Positions 51,282 through 61,632 of a DNA stretch of 64,000 bases are shown piece by piece. Made by a program: the position numbers and the translations under genes. How positions within the stretch are numbered: position 1 is the first letter of the stretch; every line of letters starts with the position of its first letter. Where the stretch lies: contig OZ241883.1 of assembly GCA_965203445.1 (NCBI GenBank), positions 2,314,815 to 2,378,814 on the forward strand. The letters run 5' to 3'. Below the pieces are notes generated by a model, which made no database searches, was not told the origin of the DNA, and worked only from the letters and a program-made list of their open reading frames with translations. Origin of the DNA: Candidatus Oxydemutator sp. GTDB taxonomy: Bacteria; Pseudomonadota; Gammaproteobacteria; Poriferisulfidales; Oxydemutatoraceae.

Positions 51282-52295
51282 TCAGCCGCCGATGTACGAC
51301 ATCTCGACCTTCTCCAGCACCACGGTGTTTTCGTCGCGCAACTCGGAATAGCGGTCGTCCCTGCTCCGCCACCACTCGCGCAGGCGGTTTTTCAGAAACT
51401 CGTCCGAGTGGCGCTCGCGCAGCAGCGTGCGGAAGTCGTGGCCGCGGGTCGCGAACAGGCAGGTGTAGAGCCGGCCGTCCGCCGACATTCGCAGGCGCGT
51501 GCAGTCGCCGCAAAACGGCCGCGTCACCGACGAGATGAAGCCGATCTCGCCGCCGCCGTCGCGGTAGCGCCAACGCCGCGCGACCTCGCCGCGGTAATTC
51601 GCGTCCACCGGTTCGATGGGCAGCTCGGCGCCGATGGTTTCGATCAGTTCGGCCGACGGCACGACGTCGTCCATCCTCCAGCCGTTGCTGTGGCCGACGT
51701 CCATGTACTCGATGAAGCGCAGGATGACGCCACCGCCGCGAAAACGGCGCGCCATCGGCAGCACCTGGGCGTCGTTGACGCCCCGGCGCACGACCATGTT
51801 GACCTTGATCGGCGCAAAGCCCGCGGCCAGGCCGTTGTCTATCCCCCGCAACACCCGGCGCACCGGAAAGGCGACGCCGTTTACGCGCGAGAACACCGCA
51901 TCGTCGAGCGCGTCGAGGCTGACCGTCAACCGCGACAGCCCGGCGGCGCGCAGCGCGCGCGCCTTGGCCGCGGTCAGCAGCGCGCCGTTGGTCGTAAGGC
52001 TTACGTCCGAGACGGCGCCGGGGTGCGCGATTTTTTCTATCAGCGTCTCGAGGTGGCTGCGGAGCAGCGGCTCGCCGCCGGTCAGGCGCACTTTTTCGAC
52101 GCCGAGGTCGGCGAGCAACGACACGCCGCGCGCGATCTCCTCGAACGACAGCAACTCGGCGCGCGCCATGAAGCGGTAGCCGGCGTTGAACGTTTCCTTC
52201 GGCATGCAGTAGGTACAGCGGAAGTTACAGCGGTCGGTTACCGAGACGCGCAGGTCGCGGATTTTTCTGTGCAGGACGTCGGTTACGGGGGCCAT
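51282..52295 (-). CDS. moaA: GTP 3',8-cyclase MoaA
   Basis: LRVSVTDRCNFRCTYCMP, RLTGGEPLLR, FCGDCTRLR, C-terminal MSYIGG. Confidence 0.97.
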   Translation of the reverse strand: MAPVTDVLHRKIRDLRVSVTDRCNFRCTYCMPKETFNAGYRFMARAELLSFEEIARGVSLLADLGVEKVRLTGGEPLLRSHLETLIEKIAHPGAVSDVSLTTNGALLTAAKARALRAAGLSRLTVSLDALDDAVFSRVNGVAFPVRRVLRGIDNGLAAGFAPIKVNMVVRRGVNDAQVLPMARRFRGGGVILRFIEYMDVGHSNGWRMDDVVPSAELIETIGAELPIEPVDANYRGEVARRWRYRDGGGEIGFISSVTRPFCGDCTRLRMSADGRLYTCLFATRGHDFRTLLRERHSDEFLKNRLREWWRSRDDRYSELRDENTVVLEKVEMSYIGG

Positions 52296-52384
52296 GGTTG
52301 CTAAAGCGGGGTGCGGCGGCTTTCACCCTTGGTTGCCGCCCCTTTGCGCTCCTTACGAATGAATGAAAGAAGCAAGCGCGACGA

Positions 52385-52458
52385 TGGAGCGGGCGAAGGG
52401 AATCGAACCCTCCTCACCAGCTTGGGAAGCTGGGGTAATGCCACTATACTACGCCCGC
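52385..52458 (-). tRNA. tRNA-Gly(CCC)
   Basis: GCGGGCG acceptor stem, CCAGC-TTCCCAA-GCTGG anticodon arm, GGTTCGATTCC T-loop, 3' CCA; 74 nt. Confidence 0.96.
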
Positions 52459-52576
52459 CGCTCGTGCTCGTCGCCGCGCTCACGACCAGAACCACCCTGC
52501 CACACCGTCATCGGGCACCGCCATGGAGCGCTTGTCGTGGGATGCTCGCCATCGGGGCGCCGGGGAGCACCCGGCG

Positions 52577-52930
52577 TCACTTCCTGCGCAGTTTTTCCTT
52601 GACGCGCGCGGCCTTGCCGCTGCGTCCGCGCAGATAATACAACTTGGCGCGACGCACCTTGCCGCGACGCTTGACCTGGATGCCGCCGATCAACGGACTG
52701 TAGGTCTGGAAAACCCGCTCGACGCCCTCTCCGTACGAGATTTTCCTGACGGTGAACGACGAGTTCAGGCCGCGGTTGCGGCGCGCGATGACGATGCCCT
52801 CGAACGCCTGCATACGCTCGCGGCTGCCCTCGCGCACCTTGACCTGCACGACGACGGTGTCGCCCGGCGCGAACTCCGGGATTTCGGCGCGCGCCATTTC
52901 GTCCTCGATTTGACGCAGCAGTTCAGGCAT
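52577..52930 (-). CDS. rplS: 50S ribosomal protein L19
   Basis: [35 protein letters not shown]. Confidence 0.97.
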   Translation of the reverse strand: MPELLRQIEDEMARAEIPEFAPGDTVVVQVKVREGSRERMQAFEGIVIARRNRGLNSSFTVRKISYGEGVERVFQTYSPLIGGIQVKRRGKVRRAKLYYLRGRSGKAARVKEKLRRK

Positions 52931-53675
52931 CTTTCTCCTCCAGGTATTCGGACATGATTTGCTTCTCCTCGTCGCTCAGGCGGCGCGCGCGAAACAGATC
53001 GGGTCTTTTCTCGAAAGTTCTGACGAGCGACTGCGCAAGGCGCCAGCGCCGAATCGCCTCGTGGTCGCCGCTAAGGAGCACCCCGGGCACCTCGACGCCG
53101 CGGTAACTCGACGGACGAGTATAATGCGGGCAGTCAAGAAGTCCAACCATGAACGAGTCCCGGCGCGCCGACTCCTCGTGTCCGAGCACCCCCGGACGCT
53201 GGCGCGCGACGGCGTCCGCCAGCACCATCGCGGCCAGTTCGCCGCCGCTGATCACGTAGTCGCCAAGCGACCATTCCTCGTCCACGCAGGCCTCGATCAG
53301 GCGCTCATCCACTCCCTCGTAGCGCCCCGCCAGCAACACCAGACCGTCGAAACCGGCCAGGCGGTTGACCTCGGTCTGCGTCAGGCGCCCGCCGCGCGGC
53401 GTCAGATGAACCGTCCGCGCACGGCGCACGCCGGCGGCGTCCTGGCTGGCGCGCGCCGCGGCCAACGCGCGCGCCAGCGGTTCGGCCATCATCACCATGC
53501 CGGGACCGCCGCCGTAGGGGCGGTCGTCCACGGTGCCCCGGGCGTCCTCGGCGTAGGCGCGCGGGTTCCACGTCGCCAATTCCAACAAGCCGCGCTTGAT
53601 CGCGCGCGCGACGACGCCGCCCGCGCCGAGCGCGGCGATCATTTGCGGGAACACCGTTACGACGTCAACGCGCAT
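52923..53675 (-). CDS. trmD: tRNA (guanine37-N1)-methyltransferase
   Basis: [40 protein letters not shown]. Confidence 0.97.
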   Translation of the reverse strand: MRVDVVTVFPQMIAALGAGGVVARAIKRGLLELATWNPRAYAEDARGTVDDRPYGGGPGMVMMAEPLARALAAARASQDAAGVRRARTVHLTPRGGRLTQTEVNRLAGFDGLVLLAGRYEGVDERLIEACVDEEWSLGDYVISGGELAAMVLADAVARQRPGVLGHEESARRDSFMVGLLDCPHYTRPSSYRGVEVPGVLLSGDHEAIRRWRLAQSLVRTFEKRPDLFRARRLSDEEKQIMSEYLEEKDA

Positions 53676-54207
53676 CGCACCACTCGCGGCGCCAATCCAC
53701 CTCGAGCGTGCCGTCGCGCGTATCCACGCGCTTGACGAACACGCCCTCGACCCACGGAATCAGGCAGGTGGCGCCGCCGTCCGACACCTCGAGCACGTCG
53801 TTGGCGCCGGTTGCGATCAGGCGCGACACCGCGCCGAGCGGCTCGCCGTGCAGGTTGATCACTTTCATGCCGGCCAGTTCAAACCAGTAGTATTCGCCCG
53901 GCGCGCGCGCCGGCAGTTGTTCTTTGGCGACGCCGACGTCGCGGTTTCCAAGCGCCGCCGCCGCGTCGCGGTCGTTGATCCCGGCGAGCCTGGCGACCAG
54001 GCCGGTGCCGTGCACGCGCGCCTCGATCAGATCGAAACCGCTCCACGAATCGCCGCCGATCAGCCAGCGCCGGTAGCGCGCGAGGTCCTCCTTGACCTCG
54101 GTGTAGGAAAAAACCCGTATCCAGCCGTTACACCCGAACGCACCGGACACGCGCCCCACGACCAGCACCGCGCCGTCACCGTAACCGGACTTGTCACCTT
54201 CGATCAT
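53665..54207 (-). CDS. rimM: 16S rRNA processing protein RimM
   Basis: [20 protein letters not shown]; position between rpsP and trmD. Confidence 0.94.
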   Translation of the reverse strand: MIEGDKSGYGDGAVLVVGRVSGAFGCNGWIRVFSYTEVKEDLARYRRWLIGGDSWSGFDLIEARVHGTGLVARLAGINDRDAAAALGNRDVGVAKEQLPARAPGEYYWFELAGMKVINLHGEPLGAVSRLIATGANDVLEVSDGGATCLIPWVEGVFVKRVDTRDGTLEVDWRREWCDAR

Positions 54208-54250
54208 GCGGGTCGCAACGCGCGGACGGCCCGCGGGCCGCCGCCGGGAA

Positions 54251-54766
54251 TCAGGAGGAGGCCGAGGCGGCCGGATCTGAGGGTGTTTCGGAAGGGGGCG
54301 TTTCAGAAGGTGGCGTCAAAGACGTTTGCGACGTTTCGGCCGCCACGGTCGCCGCTTCGGAAGGTTCGGCGGGGCCGGCGGGCTCCGCGGAAACGGCGGG
54401 ATCGGCAACCTCGGCGGGTTCTACGGGAGCGGCGGGGTCGGCCGCCGTCGCCGCCTCGGGTTCCTCGGGTTCCTTGGGTTCCTTGGACGTCTCGGTCGCC
54501 TGCGGTTGCGCGTCCGTCTTCATCCTGGCCGCGTCGGACTTGGCAAGGGCCGCCACGCGCTCGGACGGTCTGGCGCCCTGCCCCAACCAGTAGTCGTAGC
54601 GCTCCCGGTTCAGCGCAAAGCCCGTCTCGTGCTCGCGCGCACGCGGATTGAAATAGCCGAGCCGCTCGACGTAGCCGCTGTCGCGCGGCTTGCGCGAGTC
54701 GCTCGCGACGACCAGATAAAACGGCCGCTTCTTGGCGCCGCGCATCGCCAGACGTATCGTTACCAT
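54251..54766 (-). CDS. rpsP: 30S ribosomal protein S16 with long Ala/Pro/Glu-rich C-terminal extension
   Basis: MVTIRLA.RGAKKRPFY..VASDSR, ERLGYFNP; ATG at 54766. Confidence 0.95.
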   Translation of the reverse strand: MVTIRLAMRGAKKRPFYLVVASDSRKPRDSGYVERLGYFNPRAREHETGFALNRERYDYWLGQGARPSERVAALAKSDAARMKTDAQPQATETSKEPKEPEEPEAATAADPAAPVEPAEVADPAVSAEPAGPAEPSEAATVAAETSQTSLTPPSETPPSETPSDPAASASS

Positions 54767-54794
54767 CGGATTTGTGGGAAGTGGAAAGCGGGCG

Positions 54795-54823
54795 ATTGTA
54801 GCCGGATTCGGCCGCAACGTCAA
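54795..54823 (-). promoter_or_regulatory. sigma70 promoter of the rpsP operon
   Basis: TTGACG-N17-TACAAT. Confidence 0.75.
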
Positions 54824-54867
54824 AACGCGGCGCGGATTTGTCACGTCGCGCGCGCCCGAGACGAGCG

Positions 54868-55413
54868 CTACGGCGACGCGCGCGAGTCGCCGAAAAAACC
54901 CGCGTATTGCGGCGGCAACAGGGAGACCGCGTAAGCGGCGGCGGCCTCAAAAGGCGGCAGCAACGCCGCGTCGCGCCACCACGGCAGCTCCGCGATCCGG
55001 GTCGCGCCCGACAGCATCACCAACAAAACGACGATAGCGGCGCCGCGCGTCAGCCCGAACAAGCCGCCGAGAAAACGGTTGAAGCCGCCCAACGCACCGT
55101 CGTTTGCGAGGCGCCCCAGGCGGCGCGCGGCGACGTTTCCGAGCGCCGCCGCCAGCAGCAAAATAACGACAAAGGAAGCCCCGTACGCGACCTTGTCGGC
55201 GGACACCGTCCACCGCGAGTAGCTCCAGGCGGGCGCGAGCCATTCCGGCGGCAGCCACCGCAACGGATACTCGGCAAAATGGAAGGCCGCGACGAACGCC
55301 AGCACCAGCGTCGCCAGCGACCCGGCCTCGCGGACAAAGCCCTTGTACAGACCGAGCGCCGTCGAAACGGACGGCACGACGAGCAGGAAGACGTCGAGAT
55401 AGGTCACGCGCAC
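54868..55413 (-). CDS. cvpA: CvpA family membrane protein
   Basis: GLYKGFVREA, NRFLGGLFGLTRG, hydrophobic segments; follows dedD. Confidence 0.88.
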   Translation of the reverse strand: MRVTYLDVFLLVVPSVSTALGLYKGFVREAGSLATLVLAFVAAFHFAEYPLRWLPPEWLAPAWSYSRWTVSADKVAYGASFVVILLLAAALGNVAARRLGRLANDGALGGFNRFLGGLFGLTRGAAIVVLLVMLSGATRIAELPWWRDAALLPPFEAAAAYAVSLLPPQYAGFFGDSRASP

Positions 55414-55437
55414 ACGCGCGAACGCGCGGCGCGTGGC

Positions 55438-55992
55438 TCAGTCGTTGTCGCCATACGCCCTTACAATCGCCTCGATGCGGTGCTCGCGCCGCAGGCGTTC
55501 GGCGACGCTTGCCGCGGCCGAACGCCCTTCGTAGGGACCGACTCTGACGTAATACACGGTCTCGCCCCGCTGGTTCTCGTGCCGCTTGTAAAACACCGGA
55601 TCGAAACCGGCCTTGCGCAATTTGGCGCGCTGCTCGTCGGCGTTTTTGCGCAGCGCGAAGACACCGACCTGCACGACCCAGACGTCCAGCCGCGGCGCGG
55701 CTTTCGAGGCGGGAGCGGGCGGCGCGGCCACCACCGGCGGGCGCGACGGCGTCACCGCGCGCGCCGTGGTCGCAGCCGGCGGCGCCTCGACGGAACCGGC
55801 GGCGGGCGCCGCGTCGTCGTCGAGCGCCGAAAAATGCTGTCCGAACACCAACGCCGGGGGTTCGGGCATCTCGACCTGGAGGCGCGAGAATTCGCGGTGG
55901 CCCTCACCGTCGAACAACGTCGGCACAAAAATGACCGCCAACGCGACCAGGATGACCGCGCCCACGAGCCTCTCCTTGACCGACCGTTCCAT
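55438..55992 (-). CDS. dedD: SPOR-domain cell division protein (DedD-like)
   Basis: KERLVGAVILVALAVIFVP anchor; WVVQVGVF, VRVGPY SPOR motifs; GGAG SD before ATG 55992; folC-dedD-cvpA synteny. Confidence 0.85.
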   Translation of the reverse strand: MERSVKERLVGAVILVALAVIFVPTLFDGEGHREFSRLQVEMPEPPALVFGQHFSALDDDAAPAAGSVEAPPAATTARAVTPSRPPVVAAPPAPASKAAPRLDVWVVQVGVFALRKNADEQRAKLRKAGFDPVFYKRHENQRGETVYYVRVGPYEGRSAAASVAERLRREHRIEAIVRAYGDND

Positions 55993-56080
55993 AGGTTCGC
56001 TCCGGCCTTGCCCTATTCCGGACGCAGCCGCACGACACGTCGCCGATGACGAAGACCCGGCGGTGTTCGACGACACAGGG

Positions 56081-56110
56081 TATTGATCGGGCAATTTTGA
56101 GACAGGTTCA
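56081..56110 (+). mobile_element. Solo terminal remnant of the IS5-family element
   Basis: TATTGATCGGGCAATTTTGAGACAGGTTCA matches the reverse complement of 18284-18313 with 3 mismatches. Confidence 0.7.
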
Positions 56111-56238
56111 TAATTTCCATTGATTCCGAAGTTCGGTTCCAACGAACGTTCCCGCCCGTTTCGGCACGACGCCGGCGCGCGCGATTGATTATATAGGAAT
56201 GCACGCGCAAACCCGGCAAGCCGCCGGCGCCCATGCGA

Positions 56239-57546
56239 TTACAGATCCTCCTCCGCCAGGACCTCTGCGACCGTCAACATCGAGCCGAACGCGAGCAGAC
56301 GCTCGCCGGCGCCGACGCGGGCGCGCGCGTCGCGCCAGGCGCGCGCCACCGACGCAAAGTGGCGCACCGGGCCGCGCGCGTGACGGCGCACGATCTCGCA
56401 CAGGCTGCCAAGCGGCAGCGCGTCGGACGAGCGCGCCTCGCTCAGATACCAGCAATCCACCAGCGGCGCCACCACCCGGACGACGCCCTCGACGTCCTTG
56501 CTGGACAGCATCGAGAACACCGCGTGCAGCGGCGCCCGACCGGACAGGCTGCGCAGGTTGCGTACCATGACCTCGGCGCCGTGCGGGTTGTGCGCGATGT
56601 CGAAAACGTGCAGGCATTCACCGCCGTCCGCGGTCGCGCCGCGCCGCATCTGAAAGCGCCCCGCCAGGCGCACGTCGTCCAGGCCTCGGCGCGCCGCCGC
56701 CGGCGTCGGCGCGAAGCGCCCGGCCAGGTGCGCGAGCGCCGCCAGCGCGCAGCATGCGTTGTGCAGTTGCACGTCGCCGTAAAGCGCCGGGTACGGCAAC
56801 CCCGTCACGCCGCCGCGGCGCGACGCAAAATCCCAGTGCCGCGCGTGGCGGCGGTAGCCGAAGTCCACGCCGATGCGCTCGACCACGACGCCGCGCGCGA
56901 CCAGTTCCTCGACGGCGCCACGCGGCGGGCGCGGGTCGCCGTAGATGCACGGTCTGCCGGGACGGGTGATGCCGGCTTTCTCGAAGGCGATGGACTCGCG
57001 GTCGCTGCCGAGCCACTCGACGTGGTCTATGCCGATGCTGGTGATGACCGCGACGTCGGCGTCGACGACGTTGACCGCGTCGAGACGCCCGCCGAGGCCG
57101 GTCTCGAGGATGACGACGTCCGGCGCGCAGCGGTGGAAATGGTACAAAGCGGCCAGCGTCCCGACCTCGAAGAAACTCAGGCTTATATCGCCGCGCCGCC
57201 GTTCGATGACCTCGAACGCCTCGCACAGCGCCTCGTCGCTCGCGCACTCGCCGCCGACCTTGACGCGCTCGTTGTAGCGGTGCATGTGCGGCGACGTGTA
57301 GCTGGCGGCGGCGCGGCCGCGTGCGCGCAGCATTGATTCGAGCATCGCCACGGTCGAGCCTTTGCCGTTGGTGCCGGCGACGGTGATCACCGGCCACGCC
57401 GCCGGCAGCAGTCCGGCGCGGCGCGCGACCTCGCGCACGCGCGCGAGCCCCAGCTCGATCCTGGTCGGATGCGCGCGCTTATGCCGGCGCAGCCACGCGT
57501 CCAGGTCGTCGCGCGCGCGCGCGCTACGCGAGACCGCGGTGCTCAT
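56239..57546 (-). CDS. folC: Bifunctional folylpolyglutamate/dihydrofolate synthase
   Basis: [33 protein letters not shown]; ATG overlaps the accD stop. Confidence 0.95.
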   Translation of the reverse strand: MSTAVSRSARARDDLDAWLRRHKRAHPTRIELGLARVREVARRAGLLPAAWPVITVAGTNGKGSTVAMLESMLRARGRAAASYTSPHMHRYNERVKVGGECASDEALCEAFEVIERRRGDISLSFFEVGTLAALYHFHRCAPDVVILETGLGGRLDAVNVVDADVAVITSIGIDHVEWLGSDRESIAFEKAGITRPGRPCIYGDPRPPRGAVEELVARGVVVERIGVDFGYRRHARHWDFASRRGGVTGLPYPALYGDVQLHNACCALAALAHLAGRFAPTPAAARRGLDDVRLAGRFQMRRGATADGGECLHVFDIAHNPHGAEVMVRNLRSLSGRAPLHAVFSMLSSKDVEGVVRVVAPLVDCWYLSEARSSDALPLGSLCEIVRRHARGPVRHFASVARAWRDARARVGAGERLLAFGSMLTVAEVLAEEDL

Positions 57547-58397
57547 CGCCGCACCATCAGCAGCGCCAGCACGTTCGACACGCGCGCGCGCATCTCGGCG
57601 CGCGGCACGATCATGTCTATCGCGCCGTGTTCGAGCAGGAACTCGCTGCTCTGGAAACCCTCGGGCAGCTCCTCGCGCACCGTCTGCCTGATGACGCGCG
57701 GGCCGGCGAAGCCGATCAGCGCGCCCGGCTCGGCCACGATCACGTCGCCCAACATCGCCAGGCTGGCGCTGACGCCGCCCATCGTCGGGTCGGTCAGCAC
57801 CGACACGAACGGCAGACGCACGCGCGCCAGACGCGCCAGCGCCGCCGCGGTCTTCGACATCTGCAACAACGACACCAGCGCTTCCTGCATACGCGCGCCG
57901 CCGCTCGCCGAAAAGCACACCAGCGGCACGCCGTCGGCGATGCAGCGTTCGACGCCGAGCTTGAAGCGCTCGCCGACGACCGACCCCATCGAGCCGCCGA
58001 TAAACGCGAACTCGAACGCCGCGACCACCAGCGGCGCACCGTCGAGACTCCCCTTGACGACGACCAGCGCCTCGCTCTCGCCGCTTTTGCGACGCGCCTC
58101 GGACAGGCGGTCGCGGTAGCGGCGGCTGTCCTTGAAACGCAGAAAGTCGGTGGATTCAAGCCCGGCGCCGATCTCCTCGCGCCGGCCCTCGTCGAGAAAC
58201 ACGTCGAGGCGTCTGCGCGCGGACAGCCGCAGGTGATGGTCGCAGCGCGGGCAGACCTCGAGGCTCTGCTGCAACTCCGGACGGTAGAGCACCGCCTCGC
58301 AAGCCGGGCATTTGCTCCACAACCCTTCCGGTATCTTGCGCCCGGCGGCGCCCGAAGTGCGGATCTTCGACGGGATCAGTTTCTTATACCAACTCAT
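57543..58397 (-). CDS. accD: Acetyl-CoA carboxylase carboxyltransferase beta subunit
   Basis: LWSKCPAC...VCPRC zinc finger, [27 protein letters not shown]. Confidence 0.97.
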   Translation of the reverse strand: MSWYKKLIPSKIRTSGAAGRKIPEGLWSKCPACEAVLYRPELQQSLEVCPRCDHHLRLSARRRLDVFLDEGRREEIGAGLESTDFLRFKDSRRYRDRLSEARRKSGESEALVVVKGSLDGAPLVVAAFEFAFIGGSMGSVVGERFKLGVERCIADGVPLVCFSASGGARMQEALVSLLQMSKTAAALARLARVRLPFVSVLTDPTMGGVSASLAMLGDVIVAEPGALIGFAGPRVIRQTVREELPEGFQSSEFLLEHGAIDMIVPRAEMRARVSNVLALLMVRR

Positions 58398-58450
58398 CGG
58401 CGCAAATTATACCCGCACCCGACAAGCAACCGCCCCGCCCTCCTGGGTCC

Positions 58451-58475
58451 ATCATGCCCGCGGAAGCGGGAACCC
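58451..58475. repeat. Degenerate TCATTCCCGCG-NNA-GCGGGAATCC-type palindromic repeat
   Basis: TCATGCCCGCGGAAGCGGGAACCC hairpin in the intergenic region. Confidence 0.45.
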
Positions 58476-58540
58476 GGTCGGGAAACCCGGCGGCGACACC
58501 GCCTCTCCATCGAGAAGATCTACGTGATAGAACCAGTCAC

Positions 58541-58568
58541 AAAGAAGCCCCCCGCCTGGAGAGGCTTC
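58541..58568 (-). terminator. Putative intrinsic terminator after the small ORF
   Basis: GAAGCCTCTC-caggc-GGGGGGCTTC stem followed by TTT. Confidence 0.5.
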
Positions 58569-58591
58569 CCTGATCCCCCCTTCGGTATCCT

Positions 58592-58849
58592 TTACACGTT
58601 CCTGTCAAAGTAGCCCCTGTCCTTGGCCATCCTTCCTATCGAGGCGGCGCTGAACTTCCCGTGCAACCTCTTTGAAATCTCCTCGTGCGAGACCCCCTCG
58701 GAGAGCCAATTCCGGATCTTTCTCCTGTCACAGGCTTCACATTTCTTGCCCCTGCCCTGCGTACGCCACAGTTTTTTATTACTTGGGTCAAGTATCTGTC
58801 GTATCTCCAGAACTATCTTTTCCAGAGACTCTCTTTCCGCTTTATCCAT
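58592..58849 (-). CDS. Small basic hypothetical protein, possible HTH
   Basis: 85 aa, strong SD (AAGGGAGGT), lower GC than neighbours, GVSHEEISKRL..FSAASIGR segment. Confidence 0.7.
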   Translation of the reverse strand: MDKAERESLEKIVLEIRQILDPSNKKLWRTQGRGKKCEACDRRKIRNWLSEGVSHEEISKRLHGKFSAASIGRMAKDRGYFDRNV

Positions 58850-58879
58850 TTTGGTTACCTCCCTTGTTGATAAAGACGT

Positions 58880-59697
58880 TCAAGCGGCGTCTATTGCGCG
58901 ACGCAGCCCGGTGGTGAAGTCGCCCGCGGCGGACAGCAGGCGCTCTCGCTCCCGGTCTTCGCCGCCGACGCCGCAGTCGGCGATGACGCGCACCAGCGCG
59001 CTGCCGACGACGACGGCGTCGGCGACGCGCGCGATTTGCGCCGCGGCGGCCGCGTCGCGGATGCCGAAGCCGACGCCGATCGGCAGTTTCGTCACGCGCC
59101 GAATCGCGGCGACGCGCGCCTCGACCGCGGCCGTATCGAGGCGCTCGGAACCGGTCACGCCCTTCAACGACACGTAATAGAGGAAACCGCGCGCCACCGA
59201 CGCTATGTATTCGACGCGCTCGGGCGTGGTCGTGGGCGACAGCAGAAACACGGGATCGAGCGCGCGCGCGCAAAGTGCCGCGCGCAGCTCCGCCGCTTCC
59301 TCCGGCGGCAGATCCACGGTCAGCACGCCGTCCACGCCCGCGCCCGCGGCGGCCTCGGCGAAGCGCGCGACGCCCATGACCTCGATCGGGTTGGCGTAGC
59401 CCATCAGCACCACCGGCGTGGCGTCGTCGCGTTGCCGAAACGCGCGCACTACGTCGAGCACGCGCGCCAGACTCGCGCCGGCCTCGAGGGCGCGCTCGCT
59501 CGCGGCCTGGATCACCGGCCCGTCGGCCATCGGGTCGGTGAACGGCACGCCCAGCTCGATGACGTCGGCGCCGGCCTCGGTCAGCGCGTGCATCAGCGGC
59601 ACGGTGTCGTCCAGCGACGGGTCGCCGGCCATGATGTACGGCACCAGCGCCTTGCCGCCGCGCGCGGCCAGGCGCGCGAAACGTTCGGCGATGCGAC

Positions 59698-59701
<4 letters not shown>
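58880..59701 (-). CDS. trpA: Tryptophan synthase alpha subunit
   Basis: [38 protein letters not shown]. Confidence 0.97.
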
Positions 59702-60885
<1,184 letters not shown>

Positions 60886-60993
60886 CGTCGGTGAATTATA
60901 GGAGAAGGCGGAGGTCATCTTACATGGGTTCCCTGTAGGAGGGGCGCGGCGGATCGGCGGGCACGCGCAGAGCCTGCGCGCGCGACGGCGTGG

Positions 60994-61632
60994 TCATCGG
61001 GCGCACGCCGCATCGGCGGCGCGCACCGCCTCGACGAAGCGGCGCATCGCGGCGTGATCCTTCACTCCCTTGTCGCGCTCGACGCCGCTGCACAGATCCA
61101 CCCCGTACGGACGCACGCGGCGCAGCGCGTCGCCGACGTTGGCGGGCGTCAGGCCGCCGGCCAGGATGTACGGCACGGCGCGCGGCACCGGCAGGCGCCG
61201 CCAATCGAAGGTCTCGCCGCGACCGCCGGTCTCGCCGGGGCGATGCGCGTCGAACAACAGCGCGCACGCGCGCGGCGCGTGCTCGTCCAGCGCGGCGGCG
61301 CAGTCGCCGGCGCCGCCCATCGCCAGCGCCTTGATGTACGGCAGCCCGAACGACGCGCAATAGTCCGCGGACTCGGCGCCGTGAAATTGCAGGTAATCGA
61401 AATCGAGCGCCTCCACGACGCGCCGCACGTGTTCGCGTTCGGCGTCGAGAAACAACGCGACCGCGGCGACGAACGGCGCGCGCGCGGCCAGCAGTTCGCG
61501 CGCGCGCGACGGCTCTATGCAGCGCGCGCTCTGGCGGTGGAACACGAGACCGACGGCGTCCACGCCGAGTTCGCAGGCGCGCGCCACGTCCGCGGCCTCG
61601 GTCATGCCGCACATTTTTATGCGCGTGCGCAT
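60994..61632 (-). CDS. trpF: Phosphoribosylanthranilate isomerase
   Basis: RIKMCG, LQFHGAE, GGRGETFDW, LAGGLTPANV, SGVE; ATG overlaps the alaS stop (TGATG). Confidence 0.95.
   Translation of the reverse strand: MRTRIKMCGMTEAADVARACELGVDAVGLVFHRQSARCIEPSRARELLAARAPFVAAVALFLDAEREHVRRVVEALDFDYLQFHGAESADYCASFGLPYIKALAMGGAGDCAAALDEHAPRACALLFDAHRPGETGGRGETFDWRRLPVPRAVPYILAGGLTPANVGDALRRVRPYGVDLCSGVERDKGVKDHAAMRRFVEAVRAADAACAR

Noticed and set aside
52385-52458. tRNA-Gly as integration site of the adhesin locus
   Set aside because: moaA intervenes; no integrase and no duplicated tRNA 3' end seen
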